This document shows, in pieces, positions 9,065-18,104 of a DNA stretch of 64,000 bases. The stretch comes from a virus. Below the pieces are notes generated by a model, which worked only from the letters and a program-made list of their open reading frames with translations, did not search any database and was not told the origin of the DNA. The stretch lies in IMG/VR virus record IMGVR_UViG_3300020391_000003, positions 1 through 64,000 of that record, one strand, 5' to 3'. Each line of letters opens with the position of its first letter. Positions within the stretch are counted from its first letter, which is position 1. Position numbers and translations under genes: made by a program.

Positions 9065-9977
9065 TAAACAAAGAATAATATCATTATCATATGAATATAT
9101 AAAAGACCTACGAAAAGAAGGATTTAATTGCATAAAATATGGTCAATCAGAAGATGACCCTTTAGTAATAACTAATTATTTACAAAATTTATTTATAGTT
9201 AACTTATGGTTCTTAACTCACTTCTTAATTAGTGACCTATACCCCAAAAACAAACAAGTAAAAGTTTTTGCAGTAGGAACAGATTTTTGTGTTCAAGAAA
9301 ATAATAATGGTATTTTTATCAACTTGAACAATGGTAGCCATCAACTACCACTAGGTTACAATAATTTCTCATTACCGAACCATCACATACCAAAGAATAT
9401 AAAAAAAATCTATTGCTGTAATTGCAATGTAAAAAAAGAAAATAACCTATTCTCTTATCTACCAATAGGGATACTTAAACATAATATATCTTTCCTTTGC
9501 AGTACTATAAAAGAAAATCGAAATCTTGAAGATAAAAAAAAATTATTGTATATAAACTTCAGATATGATCACCACTATAACAACGGCCCAATGTCAGAGA
9601 GAAAACATATATATCCACATTTTAAAAAATTTAATTGGGCTACATGTAAAGAAGTAGTTAATTCTAAAACCTCAGAAGAGAATCACTCAGAATTCTATAG
9701 AGATGTTTCTCTATCGACATACACCCTTAGTCCCGAAGGAATGGGAATAGATTGTTACAGAACATGGGAAGCTATTTCTTTATACTCTATACCCATAGTA
9801 AAAAGAAGTAACTTTACAGAAAGGTTAAATGAATCAAATTTACCAATATTAATTGTAGATCAATACAAAGATATAACAAAAAATTTACTAATATCAAATG
9901 CAGATAAAATAAAAAGCAAATTTAACACAGAACTATGTTTCAATAAATACTGGAAAAATATAATAAAAAATGATTAA
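9054..9977 (+). CDS. Exostosin/GT47-like glycosyltransferase
   Basis: LLYINF...ER...TLSPEGMGIDCYRTWEAISLYSIPIV. Confidence 0.7.
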   Translation: MKFNKQRIISLSYEYIKDLRKEGFNCIKYGQSEDDPLVITNYLQNLFIVNLWFLTHFLISDLYPKNKQVKVFAVGTDFCVQENNNGIFINLNNGSHQLPLGYNNFSLPNHHIPKNIKKIYCCNCNVKKENNLFSYLPIGILKHNISFLCSTIKENRNLEDKKKLLYINFRYDHHYNNGPMSERKHIYPHFKKFNWATCKEVVNSKTSEENHSEFYRDVSLSTYTLSPEGMGIDCYRTWEAISLYSIPIVKRSNFTERLNESNLPILIVDQYKDITKNLLISNADKIKSKFNTELCFNKYWKNIIKND

Positions 9978-11343
9978 ATTAATTATATTTGATTTAGATG
10001 GAGTATTAGTTGACTCAAAAAAACTTCATTTTGATGCGCTGGACAAAGCTTTGTCTTTGATTGGCGAAGAGTACAGAATTAGTTATCAAGATCACCTAAC
10101 TTCGTATGATGGTCTATCAACCAGTAAAAAATTAAAAATGCTATGCGAAACAAAAGATTTTCCAATAAATGAAATAGATAATACGTGGAAGGCTAAACAA
10201 AAAATTACGCTAAAAATAATAGATGATTTTACAGTTGATAAAAGGATACAAAATATATTCAAAGAATTAAAATCAGAAGGATTTACTATTGCTTGTGCAA
10301 CGAACTCTATTAGAGAAACAGCAAAACTTCAACTTATCAGAAAAGGCTTTATGGAGTATATAGATTTTTTATATTCAAATCAAGATGTAAATAATCCGAA
10401 ACCAAATGCCGAAATATACATGAGATGCATGATAAAGGCTGGAGTAAGTCCAGATCAAACAGTCATAATAGAAGACTCTCATATAGGTCGAAAAGGAGCC
10501 ATAAGAAGTGGTGGCGTATTGTGCGCTGTAGAAAATCCAGATGATTTGTCTTACAATAAGATTAAAAAAACAATTTCAAATGCACACAAAAACACCAAAA
10601 AACCAAAATGGAGCTCAGATAAAATGAATGTTTTAATTCCCATGGCAGGCGCAGGATCTAGATTTGAACAGGCTGGATATACTTTCCCTAAACCACTAAT
10701 AGATGTTAATGGTAAACCAATGATTCAAAGAGTTGTAGAAAATATTAATATTGATGCAACACACATTTTTATAGTTCAAAAATCTCATTACGAAAAATAT
10801 TCCTTGCATCATACTTTAAACTTAATATCCCCAGGATGTAAAATTGTTCAAGTAGACGGAGTAACAGAAGGTGCGGCATGCACCACACTTCTCGCTAAAG
10901 AATATATCAATAATAACGATCCGCTTGTTTTAGCTAACTCAGACCAATATGTAGACTGGGATAGCAGTCAATACATGTACTCTTGCATGACAGATGATAT
11001 TGACGGATCTATACTCACCTTTAATTCGACACACCCCAAATGGAGTTATGCAAAAACGAACGATCAAAATTTTGTTACTGAAGTTGCAGAAAAAAAACCC
11101 ATCAGTGAAAATGCGACTGTAGGAATTTATTTCTGGAAAAAAGGAAAAGATTATGTTGAGTGTGCAGAATCTATGATAGAAAAAAATATCAGAGTTAATA
11201 ATGAATTTTACGTTTGTCCAGTTTATAACGAAGCTATTTTAAAACATGCTAAAATTAAAACATTTCATATAGAAAAAATGTGGGGATTAGGAACACCAGA
11301 AGACTTAGATACTTTTCTAAAGCATGATATTTATAGCTCATAG
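9970..11343 (+). CDS. HAD phosphatase fused to a BcbE-like sugar nucleotidyltransferase
   Basis: N-terminal IIFDLDGVLVD...KP...IIEDS. C-terminal LIPMAGAGSRF...PKPLIDVNGKPMI...TEGAACT...NSDQ...WGLGTPEDL. Confidence 0.85.
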   Translation: MIKLIIFDLDGVLVDSKKLHFDALDKALSLIGEEYRISYQDHLTSYDGLSTSKKLKMLCETKDFPINEIDNTWKAKQKITLKIIDDFTVDKRIQNIFKELKSEGFTIACATNSIRETAKLQLIRKGFMEYIDFLYSNQDVNNPKPNAEIYMRCMIKAGVSPDQTVIIEDSHIGRKGAIRSGGVLCAVENPDDLSYNKIKKTISNAHKNTKKPKWSSDKMNVLIPMAGAGSRFEQAGYTFPKPLIDVNGKPMIQRVVENINIDATHIFIVQKSHYEKYSLHHTLNLISPGCKIVQVDGVTEGAACTTLLAKEYINNNDPLVLANSDQYVDWDSSQYMYSCMTDDIDGSILTFNSTHPKWSYAKTNDQNFVTEVAEKKPISENATVGIYFWKKGKDYVECAESMIEKNIRVNNEFYVCPVYNEAILKHAKIKTFHIEKMWGLGTPEDLDTFLKHDIYSS

Positions 11344-11746
11344 AGGTAACACCGATGGTCCTCGCCCAGAAAAAGAAAACAAGCAGGACTACATTTTAGA
11401 TGCAATACAAAAAGGATATGATGTAGAAATTGATATTTGGGCAGACAAAAAACTTTGGCTTGGACATGACAAACCTCAATATAAAGTTGATTTAAAATTT
11501 CTAACAAAAAATTTTAATAAGTTATGGATTCACTGTAAAAATCTAGAAGCTATAGATATACTATCTGAGTTTAGCTTATTTAACTTCTTTTGGCATCAAA
11601 ATGATGACTTTACATTAACATCAAAAAATTTCGTATGGACTTATCCGGGAAAAAGTGTTTGCAACAAAAGTGTTCTCGTTCTGGATAACGCCCGACAATA
11701 TTCAGGTCAATCATGCTTTGGTCTCTGCTCAGATTACTTGGTATGA
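11324..11746 (+). CDS. Small GDPD/PI-PLC-like phosphodiesterase-fold protein (BcbG-like)
   Basis: IFIAHRGN...EN...GYDVEIDIW...LGHD...WIHCKN...FFWHQND. Confidence 0.75.
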   Translation: MIFIAHRGNTDGPRPEKENKQDYILDAIQKGYDVEIDIWADKKLWLGHDKPQYKVDLKFLTKNFNKLWIHCKNLEAIDILSEFSLFNFFWHQNDDFTLTSKNFVWTYPGKSVCNKSVLVLDNARQYSGQSCFGLCSDYLV

Positions 11747-12612
11747 ATGAAACAGATCGCCTGTTTCTAAATTATTTAGATCACGATTTGTATATAAGCC
11801 CCTATCATAGGTGGCTATATAAATTTAATAAATGCCTCCTTAAAAGAACACTTGATTTTGAAAACAAAATTTCAATTATAATTCAAGGCTCGCTTCATCC
11901 TAGATCAATAAAAACCATACCATATTATTTGAGATACGGACAGGTAGTTGTTAGCTGTTGGGACTCTGATGATTTATCTCTTCTTGAAGAATACAAGAAC
12001 CATATAAAAATTGTTGTGAACAAATATTCCGATGTCCCCAAAAGCCCAAGAAAAGGTGGAACGCAAGCGCCATGGATATATCAACACTTTACCACCTTAA
12101 ACGGAATAAAAGAATCTTCAGGATATTTTTGTATTAAGGTTCGTTCAGATGAAAGCTATCCAGTGCTAGATCCAATCATAAATATACTAAAGCATAATAG
12201 AGACAACAAAGATAAAGATACTCAATTATACCAATATTTTAAAATAGTGACATCTAACATATATTTCAGATTTGATAAAGAAAATAAATTTCATCCATCA
12301 GATCATGTAATTGCTGGACAAAAAAGTAGAATGCAAGACATATTTACTAGAGGTTTAGAATTATGCCAACAAAAAGGAGCCGCTAGGTTTCCAGAGCAAC
12401 TTATTTGCAGAGCGATTATAGAAACTTATTATGATCCAATCAAAAAACAAACAGATTTTTTAAATGAAAAAGAGTCTAAATCTTTAATGAAAAAACATTT
12501 TGATATAATAAGAATACGCGATCTACCCAATCATATATGGACATCAAGTTATAGAAAATATGACCCACTTTATAACGAAGAAGGTTGGTGTAATCATATA
12601 GATTTAATTTAG
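11743..12612 (+). CDS. WavE-like glycosyltransferase
   Basis: ISIIIQG...VVVSCW...QHFTTLNGI...IKVRSD...FHPSDHVIAG. Start placed at the ATGA overlap at 11743. Confidence 0.6.
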   Translation: MNETDRLFLNYLDHDLYISPYHRWLYKFNKCLLKRTLDFENKISIIIQGSLHPRSIKTIPYYLRYGQVVVSCWDSDDLSLLEEYKNHIKIVVNKYSDVPKSPRKGGTQAPWIYQHFTTLNGIKESSGYFCIKVRSDESYPVLDPIINILKHNRDNKDKDTQLYQYFKIVTSNIYFRFDKENKFHPSDHVIAGQKSRMQDIFTRGLELCQQKGAARFPEQLICRAIIETYYDPIKKQTDFLNEKESKSLMKKHFDIIRIRDLPNHIWTSSYRKYDPLYNEEGWCNHIDLI

Positions 12613-12640
12613 TTGATAAACATTAATTCTTTGTTATAAT
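12613..12640 (+). promoter_or_regulatory. Sigma70-type promoter with extended -10
   Basis: TTGATA-16 nt-TATAAT, with TG-n immediately before the -10; 21 nt upstream of ATG 12662. Confidence 0.55.
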
Positions 12641-12661
12641 CTCGTATAACCTAGAATAAAA

Positions 12662-13327
12662 ATGTCAATATCATTATACAAACCAAATAGTAAGAATACA
12701 GGCTGCGCCTTCAATTTTTCTATAGGACAAAATAAAAATAAAGAGCCTGTAGTTTATGTTAATGCAATTCAACAGTATAGCTGGGATGAAAAAAATAGAA
12801 GTGGAAGCTTTTCTAATAATGCAAGCGATCCAGACAAAAAGATTAGTTTGAAATTTACTGAATTTGAAATAGGTGGAATAATAAGCGCATTCAATAATAG
12901 AAATGAATATTCATCCTTTCACTCTTTTGAAGACAACAAGACGTCAATCAAATTCGCCCCATGGGACAAGAAGACAAAAATTAAAGTAGGTGATCAAGAA
13001 AAATATGTAGTACTTCCAGCTTTTGGTGTTACTTTTACAAGAAATGGAAATCAAACTTTCAGAATTCCAATAGAACCTGGAGAAGTTGAGAATTTGAAAG
13101 AATTTTTCAAACATTATCTAAGCAATCTATATGACCACAGAAGGCTTGAAGAACATAAAAAACTACAAGACTATAAATCAAAAACTACAGACAGAGGAGT
13201 TTCTTACCTTCCAGGCAGCGTTGGCATTTTGCAAAATGTTTTTGATCTTGTTTCGCAAGAAACTTCGCAAACAAGCGTATCCGAAGAAGAGGTAGCAGAT
13301 CATATTTCTGATGAAGCTCCTTTTTAA
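12662..13327 (+). CDS. Whirly-like ssDNA-binding protein with an SSB-type acidic tail
   Basis: LYK...QYSWD...SLKFTEFEIGGIISAF...SSFH recalls the Whirly motif F-x-L-S-x-x-E-I-G-x-I-I-S...F-F-H; ends EEEVADHISDEAPF. Confidence 0.5.
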   Translation: MSISLYKPNSKNTGCAFNFSIGQNKNKEPVVYVNAIQQYSWDEKNRSGSFSNNASDPDKKISLKFTEFEIGGIISAFNNRNEYSSFHSFEDNKTSIKFAPWDKKTKIKVGDQEKYVVLPAFGVTFTRNGNQTFRIPIEPGEVENLKEFFKHYLSNLYDHRRLEEHKKLQDYKSKTTDRGVSYLPGSVGILQNVFDLVSQETSQTSVSEEEVADHISDEAPF

Positions 13328-15231
13328 TGAAAAAGAAAAAAGTATTAATCCACAGTAATCACTGTAAGGCTTATACGGGCTTCGGCAAGCACACAAAAAA
13401 TATATTATTATATTTACAAAAAACAGGTAAGTACGATTTAGTAGAGTTTTCTAATGGTATAAAATGGGGAGATCCATCTTTACAAAATTTACCATGGAAA
13501 TGTGAGGGCTCATTACCAAATAGCCCATCTCTTCTCAAGAAACTAAACGAAGATCCAAGCTTGGCGAGAAGCGCCAGCTATGGAGCTTATAGTATTGATA
13601 AAATTATAGAAAGAGAAAAACCAGATTTATATATAGGAATAGAAGATATCTGGGCCTTCTCTGGATATACAGACAAAAAGTGGTGGAACAAAATAAACTG
13701 CATGATATGGACCACATTAGATAGCCTTCCAATATTACCAGAAGCAGAAAAGTCTGCCCACAAGATTCAACATTACTATACTTGGGCTTCTTTTGCGCAA
13801 AAATCTTTAAATAAAATAGGCCATAAACATGTAAAAACCTTACACGGCGCCTTAGACACTAAAAATTTTAAAAGATTAAGCGACGAAGAAAGGTTGAGAA
13901 TGAGGACTTATTTTAAAACTCAAGATGACTTTGTAATAGGATTTGTTTTTAGAAATCAACTAAGAAAAAGTGTTCCTAATTTACTCGAGGGTTTTAAGAT
14001 TTTTTGCAGTCAAAATCCAGAGTGTTCTGCAAAGTTATTATTACATACTAGCTGGAGTGAAGGTTGGGATATACCAAGATTAATCAAAGAAAAAGGTATT
14101 GATCCGAGTAGAGTACTAACAACATATGTGTGCGAAAAATGTAAAAGTTTTGAAATTAAAAAATTTACTACAGAAAAAGAAGATTGCTCATTTTGTGGTG
14201 CCAAAAAATCACAAAAAACTACTAGCACTAAACTTGGTGTCAGTGAAACTCAGCTTAATCAAATTTATAATAATATGGATGTATACTGCCATCCATTTAC
14301 TAGTGGCGGACAAGAGATTCCTATACAAGAAGCAAAACTCACAGAGCTAATAACCTTAGTAACAAATTATAGCTGCGGAGAAGACTGCTGTACAGATGAA
14401 GCCGCTGGTTTCGGACTAAGTTGGACTGAATACAGAGAACCTGGAACTCAATTTATTAAAGCTAGCACAAGCCCAGATAGCATAGCTAGTCAACTTAGAA
14501 AAGTTTTTAAAATGAAAAAAGAGAAGCGCTCTGAAATGGGTAAACAAGCACGAGAATTTGTTATTAAAAATTACAGTATAGAAGCAGTGGGCGCTCAATT
14601 AGAAAAAATTATCGACGATATGCCTAAACCAGATTGGGATTTTGATTTTACATCTAATCCCAAGAATCCAGATTACAATCCTCCGGAAATCGAAAGTGAT
14701 TCTGCATGGATAAAAGATATATATAAAAATATACTTGATATGGAAATTATAGATTCAGATGAAGGACACAAACATTGGTTAAAAAGATTAAATGATGATA
14801 TGTCTAGACAAGATGTTTTAAAATATTTCAAACAAGTTGCCACTAAAGAGAATGATAAAAGTAAAAAAATAGACTTTGCAGAACTTCTTGATAAAAATGA
14901 TGAAGGAAAAAGAATTTTAATATCTATGCCTCAAAGCATAGGAGATATATATCTTTGCACATCTTTATTTAAAAATATGAAAGAATTATATCCAGAATAT
15001 AATATTTATTTTGCAACAAAACCAGAATACTTTGACATACTTGATGGCAATCCATACTTACATAAAGTTATTCCTTATGATAAAAACCTAGATAACTTAA
15101 CAGCAATGGAGGGACAAGCCAATCATAAAGGTTTTTTCGAAATTGCATTCTTACCTTTTATAGGAACTCAAAGAATGTTAAATTATATTCATAACGGAAA
15201 AGATAAAATACAATTTGATATATGCACTTAA
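13327..15231 (+). CDS. Multidomain glycosyltransferase: GT4 with Zn-ribbon insert, DUF4214-like helix bundle and GT9 N-terminal lobe
   Basis: RNQLRKSVP, CEKC...CSFC, TSGGQEIPIQEAKL; WIKDIYKNIL...GHKHWLKRLNDDMSRQDV; SIGDIYLCTSL...YPEYNIYFAT. Confidence 0.75.
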   Translation: MKKKKVLIHSNHCKAYTGFGKHTKNILLYLQKTGKYDLVEFSNGIKWGDPSLQNLPWKCEGSLPNSPSLLKKLNEDPSLARSASYGAYSIDKIIEREKPDLYIGIEDIWAFSGYTDKKWWNKINCMIWTTLDSLPILPEAEKSAHKIQHYYTWASFAQKSLNKIGHKHVKTLHGALDTKNFKRLSDEERLRMRTYFKTQDDFVIGFVFRNQLRKSVPNLLEGFKIFCSQNPECSAKLLLHTSWSEGWDIPRLIKEKGIDPSRVLTTYVCEKCKSFEIKKFTTEKEDCSFCGAKKSQKTTSTKLGVSETQLNQIYNNMDVYCHPFTSGGQEIPIQEAKLTELITLVTNYSCGEDCCTDEAAGFGLSWTEYREPGTQFIKASTSPDSIASQLRKVFKMKKEKRSEMGKQAREFVIKNYSIEAVGAQLEKIIDDMPKPDWDFDFTSNPKNPDYNPPEIESDSAWIKDIYKNILDMEIIDSDEGHKHWLKRLNDDMSRQDVLKYFKQVATKENDKSKKIDFAELLDKNDEGKRILISMPQSIGDIYLCTSLFKNMKELYPEYNIYFATKPEYFDILDGNPYLHKVIPYDKNLDNLTAMEGQANHKGFFEIAFLPFIGTQRMLNYIHNGKDKIQFDICT

Positions 15232-16379
15232 TAGAACAGTACGCTTTATCTTGTGGGGTAAAAATCGATAAACCTTTAATTGAAACTCTTTTCTTTCCAG
15301 TAGAATGTGAAAAGTATATTACTTTACATGCAAGCAGTGGTATGGAATCTAAAAATTATGATTACTTTAGTGATGTCATTGAAATTATAAATCCTTATTT
15401 AGAAAAAAATAATATCAGTATTATACAAATTGGAGCAAAAGAAGACGCCAAGCTTCGCAACTGTATTCATTACAACGGCTCAACTTCAATTAGACAATCA
15501 GCATATCTTATTGAAAATGCAATGCTTCATCTAGGCAACGACTCATTTAGCGCACATGTTGCATCTGGTTTTAACAAAAAAATTGTTTGTTTGTACAGCA
15601 TTTTATATAAAGAATGTTGTGGTCCATATTGGGGAGATAAAAAAGACCACGTTTTACTTGAATCAGATAGAGGCGGACAAAAACCATCTTTCTCAAGTAA
15701 AGAATCGCCAAAAACAGTAAACTTTATAGATCCAGAAGAAATCGCTTGCGGGGTTTTGGATTTATTAAACATAAAGCATGATGCCGATAAAATAGAAACA
15801 ATTCACATAGGCAGTCAATATCAAAAAGAAAATATATCTGTTGTACCCAATCATATCATGCCCAAGTCTTTCGCTAAAGGTCAGCCAGTCAATATTTGGG
15901 GTCACGAATGCTTTGATGAACAGAATATAGCTAAATGGGCATACAGCAGAAAGTGCAACATCTTTCTTGATAAACCCATGAAACTAAAATATCTACAAGT
16001 TATTAAAGATAATATTCATTACATAAATTATTATGTATCAGAAAATGATGAAACTAAATACTTTGAATCATTACAAAAGTTGGGTATAAAATTTAATTTA
16101 TTAAGCAAAGATAAACAAAACATTAATAATATAAGATTAAAGTTTTTTGATTGGAATGTTAGATTAATTGAAACAAAAACGAAAAAAGATCTTGACAATC
16201 CAGAGAAAATATGCGATAATTCTCGTTATAAATGTTCAACAAAGATAGTATCAGGAGGTCAAGTTTTCAACAGCAAAGCTGCATGGAAATTCAATCAGCC
16301 AGGAAATCACGATCAAGTAATTGATTGTGAAGAGTTTTGGGAAGACCTTGATATGCTTAGAATTTATAACCAAAAATAA
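15222..16379 (+). CDS. GT9-like C-terminal lobe plus an unknown domain
   Basis: YITLHASSG...KNY...IIQIG...AYLIENAMLHLGNDSFSAHVASGFNKKIVCLY. Confidence 0.7.
   Translation: MHLIEQYALSCGVKIDKPLIETLFFPVECEKYITLHASSGMESKNYDYFSDVIEIINPYLEKNNISIIQIGAKEDAKLRNCIHYNGSTSIRQSAYLIENAMLHLGNDSFSAHVASGFNKKIVCLYSILYKECCGPYWGDKKDHVLLESDRGGQKPSFSSKESPKTVNFIDPEEIACGVLDLLNIKHDADKIETIHIGSQYQKENISVVPNHIMPKSFAKGQPVNIWGHECFDEQNIAKWAYSRKCNIFLDKPMKLKYLQVIKDNIHYINYYVSENDETKYFESLQKLGIKFNLLSKDKQNINNIRLKFFDWNVRLIETKTKKDLDNPEKICDNSRYKCSTKIVSGGQVFNSKAAWKFNQPGNHDQVIDCEEFWEDLDMLRIYNQK
16192..16220 (+). promoter_or_regulatory. Possible gene-internal sigma70 promoter for 16382-17218
   Basis: TTGACA-17 nt-GATAAT inside the upstream CDS. 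Confidence 0.35.
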
Positions 16380-16381
16380 TT

Positions 16382-17218
16382 ATGGCAAAAACAAAAACAA
16401 CAGCAGATAACTCAGTAACTTTCGATTCGGTATTAGAATCCGCAGAAATAACAAACAAGGCAATTGAATACGCAAAAAACTATAAAGATGGGCCTGGTAA
16501 ATTTAAAAGAAATTCATTTGGATTACTTGACAATGTCGATTATCATTTTAATGATGACGGATCAGTAAATTGGAGATCCATGATTGAAGACGAGCATCTT
16601 TTTCCCAACAAAGGATGGTTTACTTTAAGAGGTAAAGACATGCCTAGGTCCGTCAAAGGCCTTCAAGATTATCAACTTTTAATTAAACTAAGCGGTATCA
16701 AAGAACTTGCAAGACTAAGAGGATTTAAAGATGTAAGATATGATATTGTTAAATGCGAAATGGATCATGTAGCAGTAAGCTGCTCAATTGTTTTTCTTCC
16801 CAACTACGAAACAAATGGAGAGCCTGTAATCTTCCAAGATATGGCTAACGCTACATTAGAAAATACAAGTAGTTTTGCAACAAAGTTTTTAGAAACTATT
16901 GCTTGTAACAGAGCTTTTGTTCGCTGTGTAAGAAATTTTCTTAATGTTCACATTGTGGGTGATGATGAAATTGACAAGTCTAACAATAAAACTTCTGCAG
17001 TTCAAAATAATATTTCTCCAACACTTACTCCATCAACTATGATAGAAAATTTAGCAAAAGAAAAATTAAATTGTGCAAGTTTTGAAGAATTTAAAGTTTA
17101 TCTTAGAGATTGGTGGAAAGATGGAAAATACAAAAATGATTCTGTAAAAGAATGGAATGACTTCTCAGATATTCCTGCTACCCAATCCAGAATATTAATG
17201 AAAGTTATGAACGACTAG
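16382..17218 (+). CDS. Rad52/Sak-like single-strand annealing protein (putative)
   Basis: LLIKLSGIKELA...VAVSCSI...ETIACNRAFVRCVRNFLNVHIVGDDEID resembles the A-E-T-R-A-x-x-R-A...G-x-x-E motif. Confidence 0.5.
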   Translation: MAKTKTTADNSVTFDSVLESAEITNKAIEYAKNYKDGPGKFKRNSFGLLDNVDYHFNDDGSVNWRSMIEDEHLFPNKGWFTLRGKDMPRSVKGLQDYQLLIKLSGIKELARLRGFKDVRYDIVKCEMDHVAVSCSIVFLPNYETNGEPVIFQDMANATLENTSSFATKFLETIACNRAFVRCVRNFLNVHIVGDDEIDKSNNKTSAVQNNISPTLTPSTMIENLAKEKLNCASFEEFKVYLRDWWKDGKYKNDSVKEWNDFSDIPATQSRILMKVMND

Positions 17219-18104
17219 ATCTTCTTTCTAGGCTTTCTAGTCTTTTTTCTAAAAATTCTATTTTCTTTTGTTGTTCTTGAATTGCTCCCACAAGAAGAGC
17301 ATTTACTTTTTCGTATTTAATTGCTTTGTATCCGTCTTTTCTGGTTTCTACTATTTCCGGAGCTACCTCTTCAACCTGTTGAGCAATCAAGCCAATATCG
17401 TGTCCAGTATATGTTGATTGATTATCATTCCAATTAAATTCTATTGCGTCTAAAGACATAACCTTAGACAAAGGTTCATCTATTAAAGTTATATCATCTT
17501 TTAATCTTTTGTCCGAAGCGTAAAAGGCAATTACATCACCTTCAACATAAAGATTACAAACTTGATTAGAATTAGGCGCTGGCCCTATATATAAATCGTA
17601 TTCCGACTGACTACTACCAACTCCTTGAGCTATACGTACCTGACTATCTTGATCCATATCATTTTTTAAATCAATAAAGGCAAATTGCACTGTCCCTGGA
17701 CCAACTTCAATATTCGAAGTAGAAACAAGTCTTTGTTCGGCTAAAACATCTCCTTTGGCTAAAACATCTCCTTTGGCTAAAACATCTCCATATACAACCA
17801 TTCCATTATGACATCCCACATTAAAAGAATTGTCCTCAATATCAGTATATCCACTTAAGCCCATGTAATCTCCAATAACATGCGCATTATATTTTCCGCT
17901 TATTAAATTGTTTGCACCATTTATTATAGAACATCTTTGACTATTTATGATTTCTCCAGCAACACCAGCTCCTATAAAATTATTTTGAGCGTAATAATTA
18001 GTAAACTTAGGGCTATCACTAGGTTGAGCTGGATTAAAATCAGTTGTTCCAGGAGCGTTAACAGGTGTAATATCTGGTGCAGTATCTGATGGATGATTTG
18101 TCAT
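17205..18104 (-). CDS. Short tail-fibre-like protein with a peptidase S74 intramolecular chaperone
   Basis: ASDKRLKDDI...FNW...DIGLIAQQVEEVAPEIV...YKAIKYEK...LVGAIQEQ. Confidence 0.85.
   Translation of the reverse strand: MTNHPSDTAPDITPVNAPGTTDFNPAQPSDSPKFTNYYAQNNFIGAGVAGEIINSQRCSIINGANNLISGKYNAHVIGDYMGLSGYTDIEDNSFNVGCHNGMVVYGDVLAKGDVLAKGDVLAEQRLVSTSNIEVGPGTVQFAFIDLKNDMDQDSQVRIAQGVGSSQSEYDLYIGPAPNSNQVCNLYVEGDVIAFYASDKRLKDDITLIDEPLSKVMSLDAIEFNWNDNQSTYTGHDIGLIAQQVEEVAPEIVETRKDGYKAIKYEKVNALLVGAIQEQQKKIEFLEKRLESLERRSSRS
17739..17790. repeat. 18-bp coding tandem repeat x3 (GDVLAK)
   Basis: ggctaaaacatctccttt units at 17739, 17757 and 17775. Confidence 0.9.
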
